This document shows positions 27,390 to 36,315 of a stretch of 64,000 nucleotides of DNA, piece after piece; position 1 is the stretch's first letter, and each line of letters opens with the position of its first letter. The DNA is from a virus. The stretch lies in the IMG/VR virus record IMGVR_UViG_3300032516_000005; one strand, 5' to 3'. The notes under the pieces are model-generated. The model did no database searches, was not told the origin of the DNA, and saw nothing but the letters and a program-made list of their open reading frames with translations. The position numbers and the translations under genes were made by a program.

Positions 27390-27431
27390 CGACCAACGAA
27401 CGACCGACGAACGACCAACGAACGACCAACG
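27388..27431 (+). repeat. 4 x 11-bp tandem repeat AACGACC(A/G)ACG
   Basis: Directly visible. Confidence 0.9.
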
Positions 27432-27551
27432 TTGTCCCTGCGATTCAGCGCGGCTGAATTGCAGCGGCGATCGCTGGTCGGCGATCAAAGCTGACGCGAA
27501 TTTTCGCGGCAGCGCTTTTAGGCGGCGTTGAGCCGCCCTTTCACGACAACC
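27431..27551 (+). ncRNA. Candidate multi-hairpin structured leader of the capsid mRNA
   Basis: GTTGTC/GACAAC closing stem around four hairpins, abutting the CAGGAG RBS. Confidence 0.45.
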
Positions 27552-27564
27552 AGGAGACGAGACC

Positions 27565-28314
27565 ATGGCCGGAGCAGTTGGCGTAGCCCCATCAACCACC
27601 ACCCTCACGCTGCCCGACGGCAGCACGATCGCACTCGCGGACTGGATCGACGACAAGCTGTACGGCACCGTGCAGTTCTCGAACGGTCTCACCACGCCGC
27701 TCGAAGCGTTCTCTTCGGGTCGCTCGCAGCCGATCCCCGGCGGCACGCGCGTACAGACGCGCGTCGACACGAACATCCCCCGCAACGGCGACTCGGGACT
27801 CCCGAAGGACTGGGAGATGCTCGTCTACGGCTGGGGCATCAAGCTGGTTCGCGTCATGCGCGCACCGGACACTGCCCCGCTCGCGCCGACCCTGAAGGAC
27901 GACTACAACCAGATCATCCCGGGTCCGGGTGCCGGCGTCGCGCCGTTCGCGCTGTCGGATCCGCCGACGCTCCAGACGCTGTTCCAGGTGGACCGCGTGA
28001 CGTTCTTCCAGTACGAGTACAACGCGAAGTTCTACACGCAGGGCGTGTTCCAGGACTACCCGCAGGGACACGGCTACTCCGTGTTCAGCACGAACACCGC
28101 GTTCGAGCTGGCGCAGAACGGCGTCCCGTCCCCGCGTGATCGCGTGGCGCTGGTGCTGCCGGTGCACGAGCGTGAGAACCTCGGCTACAAGGGAATTTTC
28201 CAGCCCGAGGCGCCGTGCAAGATCGCGCAGGCGGCGAGCGACGGTGCGACCGCGCTCAACTTCGCGGACGTGAAGCTCTACAAGTACGGTCTCATCAAGC
28301 GTACGGTTGTGTGA
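27565..28314 (+). CDS. Putative major capsid protein (large, single jelly-roll type)
   Basis: 249 aa, beta-rich, LYGT...F...DTN...G.LP...V.GWGI pattern; extreme codon bias, strong RBS, strong terminator; no HK97 features recognised. Confidence 0.6.
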   Translation: MAGAVGVAPSTTTLTLPDGSTIALADWIDDKLYGTVQFSNGLTTPLEAFSSGRSQPIPGGTRVQTRVDTNIPRNGDSGLPKDWEMLVYGWGIKLVRVMRAPDTAPLAPTLKDDYNQIIPGPGAGVAPFALSDPPTLQTLFQVDRVTFFQYEYNAKFYTQGVFQDYPQGHGYSVFSTNTAFELAQNGVPSPRDRVALVLPVHERENLGYKGIFQPEAPCKIAQAASDGATALNFADVKLYKYGLIKRTVV

Positions 28315-28322
28315 GGGCGTAA

Positions 28323-28378
28323 CCTCTCGATAAAGTTCGAGAGGACACCCACTTCGGCAACGAAGTGGGTTTTGTTTT
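28323..28378 (+). terminator. Double hairpin, Rho-independent terminator
   Basis: CCTCTCGA/TCGAGAGG, then ACCCACTTCG-GCAA-CGAAGTGGGT plus TTTGTTTT. Confidence 0.85.
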
Positions 28379-28412
28379 ACCTTGCGTTTACAAGATAGGC
28401 CATGCACAACCT

Positions 28413-29228
28413 ATGAGCATGCGCAGCCGTTACACCCGCGACGTTCCGCCCTCACTTCAACCGCCACCGGAACGTTGGCAGAAGCTCGTCGGGCACCGGT
28501 TCGGTCGACTCACCGTGTTGGGCTTTGCGGGAACGATGACGCCGCACGGACAGAAGATGGCGACGTGTCGCTGCGACTGCGGCTTCTACGTCGATGTCAT
28601 GCCCGCGAGCCTTCGCAGCGGTGCTACGGCGTCTTGTGGTTGTGCGCATTCGGAGAGCGTCGAACGGCGCAACCGGCAGAACACGAAGCACGGTGCAGCA
28701 CGTGTACAAGCGGGTTCACGTTCGCTGCCCTACCTCTACCGCTCGTGGGTGCAGATGAAGCAACGCTGCTTCAGCTCAACACACGAGGCCTATGCAGACT
28801 ACGGCGGGCGCGGCATCACGATGTGCTCCGAGTGGCGTGCTGACTACCAACGCTTCGAGGACGACATCCACGCAGCGATTGGTCGTCGCCCTGCACGAAC
28901 GCACTCGCTCGACCGCATCAACAACGACGGCAACTACGAGCCCGGCAACGTCAGGTGGGCAACGTCCGAGCAACAGAGCCGCAATCGTCGTTCGACAAGA
29001 CGCTTCGAGCTGAACGGCGAAGTGCGACCACTCGCTGAGTGGTCGGACATTGCCGCGCGTCGGTACGAGACAGTTAAGTCGCGGATCCTGACCTACGGCT
29101 GGCCACTCGACGAAGCGCTCGGGACGCCGTCTGGTTCAGGCCGCTGCCCGCTCGAAGAACGCGTGAAGTGGACAACAACCGAGGCCTACCAGAGCTACCT
29201 GAAGCGCGAGAAGTTCGTGGTAGGATGA
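28413..29228 (+). CDS. HNH homing endonuclease
   Basis: G.RFGRLTV, CRCDCG, SCGC, YGGRGITMC, SLDRINNDGNYEPGNVRWAT..Q.RN. Confidence 0.88.
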   Translation: MSMRSRYTRDVPPSLQPPPERWQKLVGHRFGRLTVLGFAGTMTPHGQKMATCRCDCGFYVDVMPASLRSGATASCGCAHSESVERRNRQNTKHGAARVQAGSRSLPYLYRSWVQMKQRCFSSTHEAYADYGGRGITMCSEWRADYQRFEDDIHAAIGRRPARTHSLDRINNDGNYEPGNVRWATSEQQSRNRRSTRRFELNGEVRPLAEWSDIAARRYETVKSRILTYGWPLDEALGTPSGSGRCPLEERVKWTTTEAYQSYLKREKFVVG

Positions 29229-29292
29229 CGGGCATGGCGAAGTGGAAGAAGTCCGATCGTCCCTACGACAGTGAACATCTCGACGCAGGGCG

Positions 29293-30129
29293 ATGCGGTG
29301 CTCGCGTGAAACCGGGCCGCGACGGCTACGAGTGCAGGTCGGCGGCACGACGCCGCCGACGGGCCTGATCCTCTGCGACCTTCCCGGTGTCGGTTTCACG
29401 GCCGAGTCGTGGGTGCGTACGCGTGCCTGCTACTTGCCCGGTGCGCTGTTCCTGATGGCGCCGCTGTCGATGACGAGCTGCTTTATCGACGAGTCGTTCA
29501 CGATCGGTGGGCCGTTCAAGATCACCGTCTGGGGTGCACGCGGCCTCGACAACCTGATTCGCCAGTGCGTCATCAAGGGCACCACGCCGATCTTCTTCCG
29601 TGATCTGTTCGATCAGTTCAACGGCGGCGCGATCGGCTTGCTCGACATGCAGAGCGTGCAGCTCCTCGACATGCTGCCCAACTTCGCGCCACCGACCGCA
29701 AACGACATGGACGCGCCGATCAACAGCGCGATCTATTGGACGGGCGGTCAGGCGTACTTGATGGGCGTCGACATCGAGAACACGGCCCCGGTGGCGCCTG
29801 TCGTCGGTGCGACGAACGCGGTGATCACCGTCGCCGGTAACGGCGCGCACATGCAGCTTCGTAGCGTGACCTGCTCAAGCCTCCCGGCGAACCTGTACCC
29901 CGGCGTCGGTGCGGCGGCCGTCGACGGTGGCTACATCACGCAGAACGACACGCCCTACGAACCGTTCGTTCCGGTCGGACCCGCGACGACGGTTGCAGGC
30001 ACGCTCGGGGCCTTCAAGTCGGGCGCCACGCCGATCCAGGCCGCGTGGCCTGCAGTGGTCTACCCCGCCCTGGGCTCGAACTTTCCCGACTTCGTCGACG
30101 AGGGCACGCGCGTCTGGCGCAAGTCGTAG
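29293..30129 (+). CDS. Beta-rich structural-like protein, 5' end unclear or disrupted
   Basis: Good codon bias from about 29330 but no convincing start or RBS. Confidence 0.5.
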   Translation: MRCSRETGPRRLRVQVGGTTPPTGLILCDLPGVGFTAESWVRTRACYLPGALFLMAPLSMTSCFIDESFTIGGPFKITVWGARGLDNLIRQCVIKGTTPIFFRDLFDQFNGGAIGLLDMQSVQLLDMLPNFAPPTANDMDAPINSAIYWTGGQAYLMGVDIENTAPVAPVVGATNAVITVAGNGAHMQLRSVTCSSLPANLYPGVGAAAVDGGYITQNDTPYEPFVPVGPATTVAGTLGAFKSGATPIQAAWPAVVYPALGSNFPDFVDEGTRVWRKS

Positions 30130-30174
30130 ACCTCGCTTCCTCTCACCCCCTCTTTCACGCTCTCAGGAGAATCC

Positions 30175-30396
30175 ATGGCTCGTAGCATCGAAATTGCCGT
30201 CAAGAAGACCGTCACCGCCAAGCTCCGCGAGCGCGGCATGTCGGAGAAGTCCGCGGACGCGGTCGCCGACAAGAACGCCCCTGCCGCGCTGAAGACGTTC
30301 AACGACGCTCTCGTCAAGCACAAAGCGCCGACGGAAACCGCGTATGAACAGGCATTTCAAGCCGTTACGCAGTGGACGGCGACGCTGAAGCCGTAG
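30175..30396 (+). CDS. Small hypothetical protein
   Basis: CAGGAG RBS, biased codons, terminator follows. Confidence 0.75.
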   Translation: MARSIEIAVKKTVTAKLRERGMSEKSADAVADKNAPAALKTFNDALVKHKAPTETAYEQAFQAVTQWTATLKP

Positions 30397-30434
30397 CGCT
30401 CGCTCTCGTTCTCGCTCTCTAGGTCAAGGAAAAG

Positions 30435-30469
30435 CGGCCCGGTCTTCGAACCGGGCCGTTTCTGTTTTT
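30435..30469 (+). terminator. Rho-independent terminator
   Basis: CGGCCCGGT-CTTCGA-ACCGGGCCG plus T-rich tail. Confidence 0.8.
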
Positions 30470-30793
30470 CGGGGTCCTTTTCAGGTCTTCCCGATCATCA
30501 TCGCGAGTGGTGATGGCGGCGGCGGTGGCACGCCACAGAGCGATGTTCTACGGTACGACAGCCAGTCATCCCGGATCTCGTTCCGCGACGCGCAGTGGTG
30601 TCTCAACCACTGACTTCATCGCCGCCAACACGGGCTTCTATGCAAAGCAGTCGCGTCGGCCCGCTGTGTACGGTTCCGCGGCCGCGAGGCCGAGGCGCTA
30701 CTTTAGTTAGCGAGATCTGCGCTTTACAACATGCTCGTGACTTGACTGTCAGGGGGCCCATCTAGGATGGTCCACAGAACAAGGGAGCACGAC

Positions 30794-33124
30794 ATGAGCA
30801 AGAGCAAGATCGACACGGAATTGTACTCGTACGAAATCGAGAAGGGTCTCTACTTGGTTCGGCAGGCCGTCACGCCTGCCGCCAAGCCGAAATCCGTCGA
30901 GACACCGACCAACCACATCGCCGTCATCGACTGCAGCGGCAGCATGGGCAGTGACCTGCCGCGCATCCGCGAGCAGCTCAAGAAGAAGCTGCCGAAGCTG
31001 ATGAAGGACGGCGACACGCTGTCGCTCGTCTGGTTCTCGGGCAAGGGCCAGTTCGGCGCCTTGATCGAAGCCGAGCCCGTCAGCACGCTGGCTGACCTGG
31101 CCGACATCAACCAGGCCGTCGATCGCTGGCTGCGCCCGATCGGTCTCACAGGCTTCAAGGAGCCGCTGCAGGAGGTCGAGAAGCTCGTCGCGCGCGTCAG
31201 CAAGAAGAACAAGAACCCGTTCGCGTTGTTCTTCATGAGCGACGGCTGCGACAACCAGTGGAACCGTGCCGACATCCTCAAGGTCGTTGAGCAGACCGCA
31301 GGCGGGCTCGCGTCGTCGACGTTCGTCGAGTACGGCTACTACGCCGACCGGCCGTTGCTCGCTGCCATGGCTGAAAAGGCCGGCGGCGTACACATCCACG
31401 CCGACGCGTTCGACAAGTACGAAGTCACATTCGAGGCCGCGATGCAGAAGCGCCCGATGGGCGGCAAGCGCGTCGAGGTCGAGATCGACGGTGACGCGAT
31501 CGGTGGTTTCGCATACGCGCTCGCCGACGGTGAGATCACGACGTACGACGCGAGTTCCGGTAAAGCCCTCGTGGCCGAGGGCACCGTTGACATCTTCTAC
31601 CTGTCGCCGACGAAGCAGGGCGTGACCGAGTCGCTTGCAGGCCACATGCATCCCCATAACGCAGCGACGGCACGCCAGATCACTGTCAGCGGTGTCTACG
31701 CTGCGCTCTCGCTGTTCGCCGTACGCATGAAGCCCGAGGTCGTCTATCCGATCCTCAAGGCTCTCGGCGACGTTACGTTCATCAACGCGTTCTCGGTCTG
31801 CTTCGGTAAGCAGAAGTACTCCGAGTTCATGGACGCTGCGAAGGCCGCTGCGTTCGAGCCCAAGTTCCGGTTCACGAACGGCTGGGATCCGAACAAGGTC
31901 CCTGCTGACGACGCGTTCACCGTGCTCGATCTTCTCAAGACGCTTGCCGACGACGATTCGGCACGCGTGCTGCTCAACCATCCCGCATTCAAGTACTCGC
32001 GCATCGGGCGTGGCCGCGTCGACGCCGACGAGAACCTGACGTCTGCAGAAGAAGACCAGGTCGAAGTGATCCGGACCAAGATGGCCGGTGAGAAGAACGC
32101 CAAGAAGCTGAAGGAACTGCAGGTCGAGATCGATACGATCCTGGCCGCCAAGCGCGACGCGCTCAAGTTCGTGGCCGACGAGGCGTCGAACGGCTACCCA
32201 ATCTCGAACCTGACGTACAACGAGTGCAGCCCGAACGTCAGCATGCTGATCAAGAAGACGGGCACGGTTGACTTGACGTCACGGCACGATCAAGCCGGAT
32301 CGGACATTCACGACAAGATCCCGTCGAGCTTCCCGACGCACATCTGGCGGAACTACGCGATCATCAGCCATGGGCTCGTGAACGTCGAGAAGCTGCCGGT
32401 GAAGATCTCGACAGAAACGTGGACTGCGCTAACGAACGCGGGCGTCGAGATGCTGGCCGACGGTGACAACAAGTTCATCATCAACGTCAAGCCGCTGCCG
32501 ATCATCAACCGCAAGATGGTCAAGGCGGTCTCGGCGAAAGACATCATCGAGCTGGAGTACGAGCTGACCAAAGCTCGTGCCGCCCAAAAAGTCTACAAGG
32601 CGTACTCGAACGAGATGTTCCCCGAGGCCAAGCTCGCGGGCTTCGCTGACAAGTACGGCGACGACGGCGCTGCCTGGCTGAAAGACCAGGGCTTCACGTA
32701 CAATGGCTTCGCGCCCAAGTTGACGTTTGCGGCGTCGACGGACTTCATCATGGGCAAGGAGCTGGAGGTCAAGCTCAAGGGCTTCTCGACACTGCCGCCG
32801 CTCAAGGACGTCAAGGCCAAGATGGGTGCCAAGATGAACGGCCCCGCGACGCTCATGGCGATCGTCATCAAGGACGTCGAGAATTTCCTCAAGAACAACC
32901 CGAAGAACCTGCACCAGAAGTGGCTGACGGGTCAGACCGAAGCACAGATCGCCAAGACCCGCGGCTTGATCTGGCAGACGGCGCAGATTCGCTTCTCGAT
33001 TATCGTCGGTCAGACGTGGTTCAGCGAGTTCAAGTCGCTCGACGAGAATCAGCTGACCGTCAAGATCGGCACCGAGGACGTTGTCGGGACCTGTGAGCTG
33101 CGCGAAATTCAGATCAAGGTCTGA
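30794..33124 (+). CDS. VWA (MIDAS) domain protein
   Basis: IAVIDCSGSM, GLTGF, FFMSDG, MAEKAGG; GGGAG RBS; TTGACT-N16-TAGGAT upstream. Confidence 0.85.
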   Translation: MSKSKIDTELYSYEIEKGLYLVRQAVTPAAKPKSVETPTNHIAVIDCSGSMGSDLPRIREQLKKKLPKLMKDGDTLSLVWFSGKGQFGALIEAEPVSTLADLADINQAVDRWLRPIGLTGFKEPLQEVEKLVARVSKKNKNPFALFFMSDGCDNQWNRADILKVVEQTAGGLASSTFVEYGYYADRPLLAAMAEKAGGVHIHADAFDKYEVTFEAAMQKRPMGGKRVEVEIDGDAIGGFAYALADGEITTYDASSGKALVAEGTVDIFYLSPTKQGVTESLAGHMHPHNAATARQITVSGVYAALSLFAVRMKPEVVYPILKALGDVTFINAFSVCFGKQKYSEFMDAAKAAAFEPKFRFTNGWDPNKVPADDAFTVLDLLKTLADDDSARVLLNHPAFKYSRIGRGRVDADENLTSAEEDQVEVIRTKMAGEKNAKKLKELQVEIDTILAAKRDALKFVADEASNGYPISNLTYNECSPNVSMLIKKTGTVDLTSRHDQAGSDIHDKIPSSFPTHIWRNYAIISHGLVNVEKLPVKISTETWTALTNAGVEMLADGDNKFIINVKPLPIINRKMVKAVSAKDIIELEYELTKARAAQKVYKAYSNEMFPEAKLAGFADKYGDDGAAWLKDQGFTYNGFAPKLTFAASTDFIMGKELEVKLKGFSTLPPLKDVKAKMGAKMNGPATLMAIVIKDVENFLKNNPKNLHQKWLTGQTEAQIAKTRGLIWQTAQIRFSIIVGQTWFSEFKSLDENQLTVKIGTEDVVGTCELREIQIKV

Positions 33125-33132
33125 TTCTCGAA

Positions 33133-33909
33133 TCAGGGCGCTGCTGTGACTGACAGGATGACCTGACCAGCAGCGACTGAGCTGCTGCCCTTGGCGTAAA
33201 GCGTCTGGTGGCGATCAATGCGGATGCGGCGCTCCTGGCCGGACGGCAAGTTGATTGCGCTCGCGGTGTGAAGTGCGTTTGGTGTGAATGCAAGTACGGC
33301 CGTCGCACCGCGTGGCTCAACGACGTGCACGACAACTTCGATGGCATGCGCGCCGGCTGTGACCAGTCGTTCTGCGGGTGTGTTGGAGTCGATCGACGAC
33401 AACCGTTGGTAGAACGGCGTAGTGGACAGATGAAACGGCGGCAGCGGTGGTTCACCCAACCCTGTAACGGATCCCAGCTCCGTGTGCGTAACAGCCATCG
33501 GTGCGGGTGCTGACGTCGGAGCACTCGCACTCCCATTTCCCGTGTTGATCACGAACACCTGCGGTGCCGCAGGAGCCGCTGCTGGCGCAGGCTGCGGCAA
33601 GTAGCGCGGATCAACAGATCCCAGTACGGTCTGCGTGCCGTCATCCTTGCGACGCACGAGCAAGTAAACGACCACGCCCATCACGCCGACGACAGCGATG
33701 ATCCCAAGACCGATCGCGAGCGACATCCACAACGGACCGCGATCGCCGCGGTCGCCGAATTCTTCGTCCCGCGCAAGCTGACGCTCCTCGGCCTTGACGC
33801 GCGCGATGGCGAGTCGGTCCTGTGCTTCTGCGAGTTGTGCGGCACGACGTGCGGCAAGGTGTTGCAGATGCGCACGTAGCCGCGGGGGCGTTCGACGCTG
33901 GGAAGGCAC
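33133..33909 (-). CDS. TM protein with C-terminal small beta domain, paralogous to 35633-35938
   Basis: TM plus RRK, TGLGE, then AGAHAIEVVV...LPSGQE...QTLYAKG. Confidence 0.7.
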   Translation of the reverse strand: MPSQRRTPPRLRAHLQHLAARRAAQLAEAQDRLAIARVKAEERQLARDEEFGDRGDRGPLWMSLAIGLGIIAVVGVMGVVVYLLVRRKDDGTQTVLGSVDPRYLPQPAPAAAPAAPQVFVINTGNGSASAPTSAPAPMAVTHTELGSVTGLGEPPLPPFHLSTTPFYQRLSSIDSNTPAERLVTAGAHAIEVVVHVVEPRGATAVLAFTPNALHTASAINLPSGQERRIRIDRHQTLYAKGSSSVAAGQVILSVTAAP

Positions 33910-33938
33910 GAGGACAGGATACTACGAGTGCGAGTTGG

Positions 33939-33954
33939 GATCTTGCAAGCGATC
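33939..33954. promoter_or_regulatory. Operator-like variant GATCTTGCAAGCGATC
   Basis: Upstream of TATCCT-N6-GTG. Confidence 0.55.
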
Positions 33955-34960
33955 ACGTGTTGGACTTGGCTGTGCCCCGTACAGCCCGGCCGCGGCACAG
34001 ATCACGGCTCAGGGCTTGCCCTGCGAGGGTACTCAACGTCGGCGCGTACTGACTCAGTAGCAGGTCGACCTCGCGTGTCTTCTCAACCACGTACGGTTGC
34101 ACATCACGCAGGAACGCAAGCACCGCCTCACGTCGCGTCAACGACCACTTCAACTGATGTCGCCGAGGCGGCTGCTTTCTACAAAAGCGCAAGACACCGC
34201 CGTAAACCGCATGCAGCCGCAGCAGCGCCTCCACGCGTGTCTGGTTGAAAGCGATCGCGAGATGCCATGTCGTTGATTTCATGCGCAAATCTACCGACCC
34301 GTCGCCGTCGAAGTAGCCTGCGAAGTAGGCAAGCTCGGTCGACGTCACCGTTGGCCGTTCGAATGCTGTGGCACCCCGTCGGGGACGAAGACAGATCAAG
34401 GTTCCAGCGGCACGCGCACGTTGGTAATGCAACGTACACAGCTGCTGCGCACGCGCTGCTCGACGACAACCGTCAGTCGTACAACGAGGATGTTGCGGTC
34501 GCTTCGACTTTGCCTCCAAGGGCAAATTCCGCGAAGTCAGTGCGATCTTCTTCATACGTTTCAGATCGTGGATTAGTTGCTGCGCTTCAGGCGCAGGCAT
34601 CCGCGTAGAGAAACGTGTGAGCACAGCTTCAACCTGTGCGCGTTTCTCTCCGAGATACGGTCGGATGTCTTCGAGGAAGCACGCCACGATGTTGAAGCGC
34701 GACAGCGCCCAACTTGTTTTCTCACGCCAATTTGCGCGCTGACGTTGGATCACGTTCAACGAACCGCCGTAGAAATCGTGTAGCTGTTGGAGGACGACCG
34801 GGTTCGTTTGCCCGAAGTCGACACGTGTACGCCAGCTCCGACCGGCGTTAATCGGGAACACGCCGATCGATCCTTCGGCATCGAAGTAGCCCGCGAAATA
34901 GGCGCAACGATCAGTAGTTGGACGACGTGGCGCAGTCATCAGCGTGATCGTGCTTATCAC
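33953..34960 (-). CDS. Free-standing double-motif LAGLIDADG endonuclease
   Basis: AYFAGYFDAEGSI and AYFAGYFDGDGSV, each followed by QT..L..L...YGG and I/V.PY...K; central Cys/His motif. Confidence 0.88.
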   Translation of the reverse strand: MISTITLMTAPRRPTTDRCAYFAGYFDAEGSIGVFPINAGRSWRTRVDFGQTNPVVLQQLHDFYGGSLNVIQRQRANWREKTSWALSRFNIVACFLEDIRPYLGEKRAQVEAVLTRFSTRMPAPEAQQLIHDLKRMKKIALTSRNLPLEAKSKRPQHPRCTTDGCRRAARAQQLCTLHYQRARAAGTLICLRPRRGATAFERPTVTSTELAYFAGYFDGDGSVDLRMKSTTWHLAIAFNQTRVEALLRLHAVYGGVLRFCRKQPPRRHQLKWSLTRREAVLAFLRDVQPYVVEKTREVDLLLSQYAPTLSTLAGQALSRDLCRGRAVRGTAKSNT

Positions 34961-35027
34961 ATTGCGTAACCACGACGGATCAAAAAACGCTCAGGGCTTC
35001 CAGCGTTAGCACGGTTCGTCTAGAGTC

Positions 35028-35043
35028 AGTCCCAACAGCGATC
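35028..35043. promoter_or_regulatory. Operator-like variant, exact reverse complement of 25210-25225
   Basis: AGTCCCAACAGCGATC just after TAGAGT, upstream of the small capsid gene. Confidence 0.65.
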
Positions 35044-35081
35044 GACCTTCGACCGCCGCCGATCCTTACACGGAGAAGATC

Positions 35082-35618
35082 ATGGGCCGCCTACCACTTC
35101 AATTTGCCGGTAAGGACGTCACGTTTCGCATACCCTATAATATTGCCGCCGAGCTGGATGTCGGTCCGAACCTCTCGGGCATCGTGTTCCCCGAGGCGAG
35201 TTTCCTGCACAACGTCGACAAGCCGTTCGAGATCCATCGCGTGATCATTCGGCTCACGGCAAAGGGAACGCCGGCCACGTTCGTCACGCCGACGGTGCTC
35301 GAACCGCAACCTACGACACTCGAAGAGCGCGTGCGGATGCGTATCCTCGACTTCTCGAAGAACGAGAACCTCACGAAGTCATCCACGTTCGTGAGCCTTC
35401 TGCTCAATCGCAACACAGGTGCCTGGGATCTCGAAGAGCCGTACACGATCGTGCGGTCCGAAGGTTTTCAGGTGCAGATCGACACGCAGGACTATCCAGC
35501 GGTCGTCATCCTCGATGCCACCATCCAACCCGAACGTGTTGACGTCCAGTTCGTGCGCATCGAACTCAACTTCCAGGGGTATCTTGACATCATCGGGCCG
35601 CCGAGCGAAGTACGCTGA
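35082..35618 (+). CDS. Putative second (small) single-jelly-roll capsid or penton protein
   Basis: 178 aa, alternating beta strands, DKPFEIHRV...VRMRILD...WDLEEPY...FQVQI...IELNFQGY; GGAG RBS. Confidence 0.55.
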   Translation: MGRLPLQFAGKDVTFRIPYNIAAELDVGPNLSGIVFPEASFLHNVDKPFEIHRVIIRLTAKGTPATFVTPTVLEPQPTTLEERVRMRILDFSKNENLTKSSTFVSLLLNRNTGAWDLEEPYTIVRSEGFQVQIDTQDYPAVVILDATIQPERVDVQFVRIELNFQGYLDIIGPPSEVR

Positions 35619-35632
35619 GCTGACGAGTCGCG

Positions 35633-35938
35633 ATGCAGAACTCCCACTTTCAGACGATCACGGTCCTCCCCGTTGGATCAACGACACCGACGACGATCAT
35701 CAAGGCGGGAAAGCATCCAATGCGCGCCGTCGTGAGCAACGTCGGGCCTGTACTGGTCTTCGTTGCTGCAACGACGACCGACTTGGCGCCGTTGCCGTCG
35801 ACGGCGACGTACCGGCTGTTTCCCGGTGAGCAAGCCGTGTTCGTTGCGGCACCAAAAGAAGGTCTCTACGTCATCGGTGCTGCGGTGGGTGGCCTGGTGT
35901 CGGTCTCGGATTCTGAAGCGCTGCCTGTAGCGCTGTGA
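35633..35938 (+). CDS. Small all-beta putative virion protein
   Basis: 101 aa, co-transcribed with the small capsid gene. Confidence 0.6.
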   Translation: MQNSHFQTITVLPVGSTTPTTIIKAGKHPMRAVVSNVGPVLVFVAATTTDLAPLPSTATYRLFPGEQAVFVAAPKEGLYVIGAAVGGLVSVSDSEALPVAL

Positions 35939-35949
35939 AAGGATTTGCC

Positions 35950-36315
35950 ATGAAGAACCGCGAGACCTGGGATGATCGTTACGGCTTGCTCAACCCCCCC
36001 TATCTGTACTTCGGGTCGATCATCGTCACCGCCAACTTCCTGGCTGGTGTGGACAGTGGGCGGTCAACGATTCTCGTGAACGCGGGCGGTGTAACGGTGA
36101 CGTTGCCGCTCGCTGCGGATAGCGTCGGCAAGGCGTTCTTCATCAAGAACATCTCAGCGATTGGCGCCACCACGATCTTGCCGAGCGGCACCGACCTGAT
36201 CGATGGTGTCACCGCGGGCGGTGGTGGGCAGTCACTGCCGGATCAGTACGACGTGATGCTCGTCGTCTCCGACGGCATCTCGAACTGGTTCATCCTGAGT
36301 TCTTCGAACCTCTAG
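35950..36315 (+). CDS. Spike-tip-like domain protein
   Basis: VTLPLA...GKAFFIKNI...TILPSGTDLIDG...VVSDGISNW, similar to the C-terminus of 1198-2469. Confidence 0.7.
   Translation: MKNRETWDDRYGLLNPPYLYFGSIIVTANFLAGVDSGRSTILVNAGGVTVTLPLAADSVGKAFFIKNISAIGATTILPSGTDLIDGVTAGGGGQSLPDQYDVMLVVSDGISNWFILSSSNL

Noticed and set aside
30749-31981. Long antisense or alternative-frame ORFs (also 46762-48138, 40375-41673, 26832-27785, 42602-43597, 59012-59962)
   Set aside because: Shadow ORFs typical of GC-rich DNA, overlapping better-supported genes
33953-34960. Intein- or group I intron-encoded LAGLIDADG
   Set aside because: No intein splice residues and the flanking genes are complete and uninterrupted
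25210-35043. Exact 16-bp inverted pair as ends of an invertible segment or transposon
   Set aside because: Both copies fit the operator family and sit at promoters; no invertase or transposase nearby
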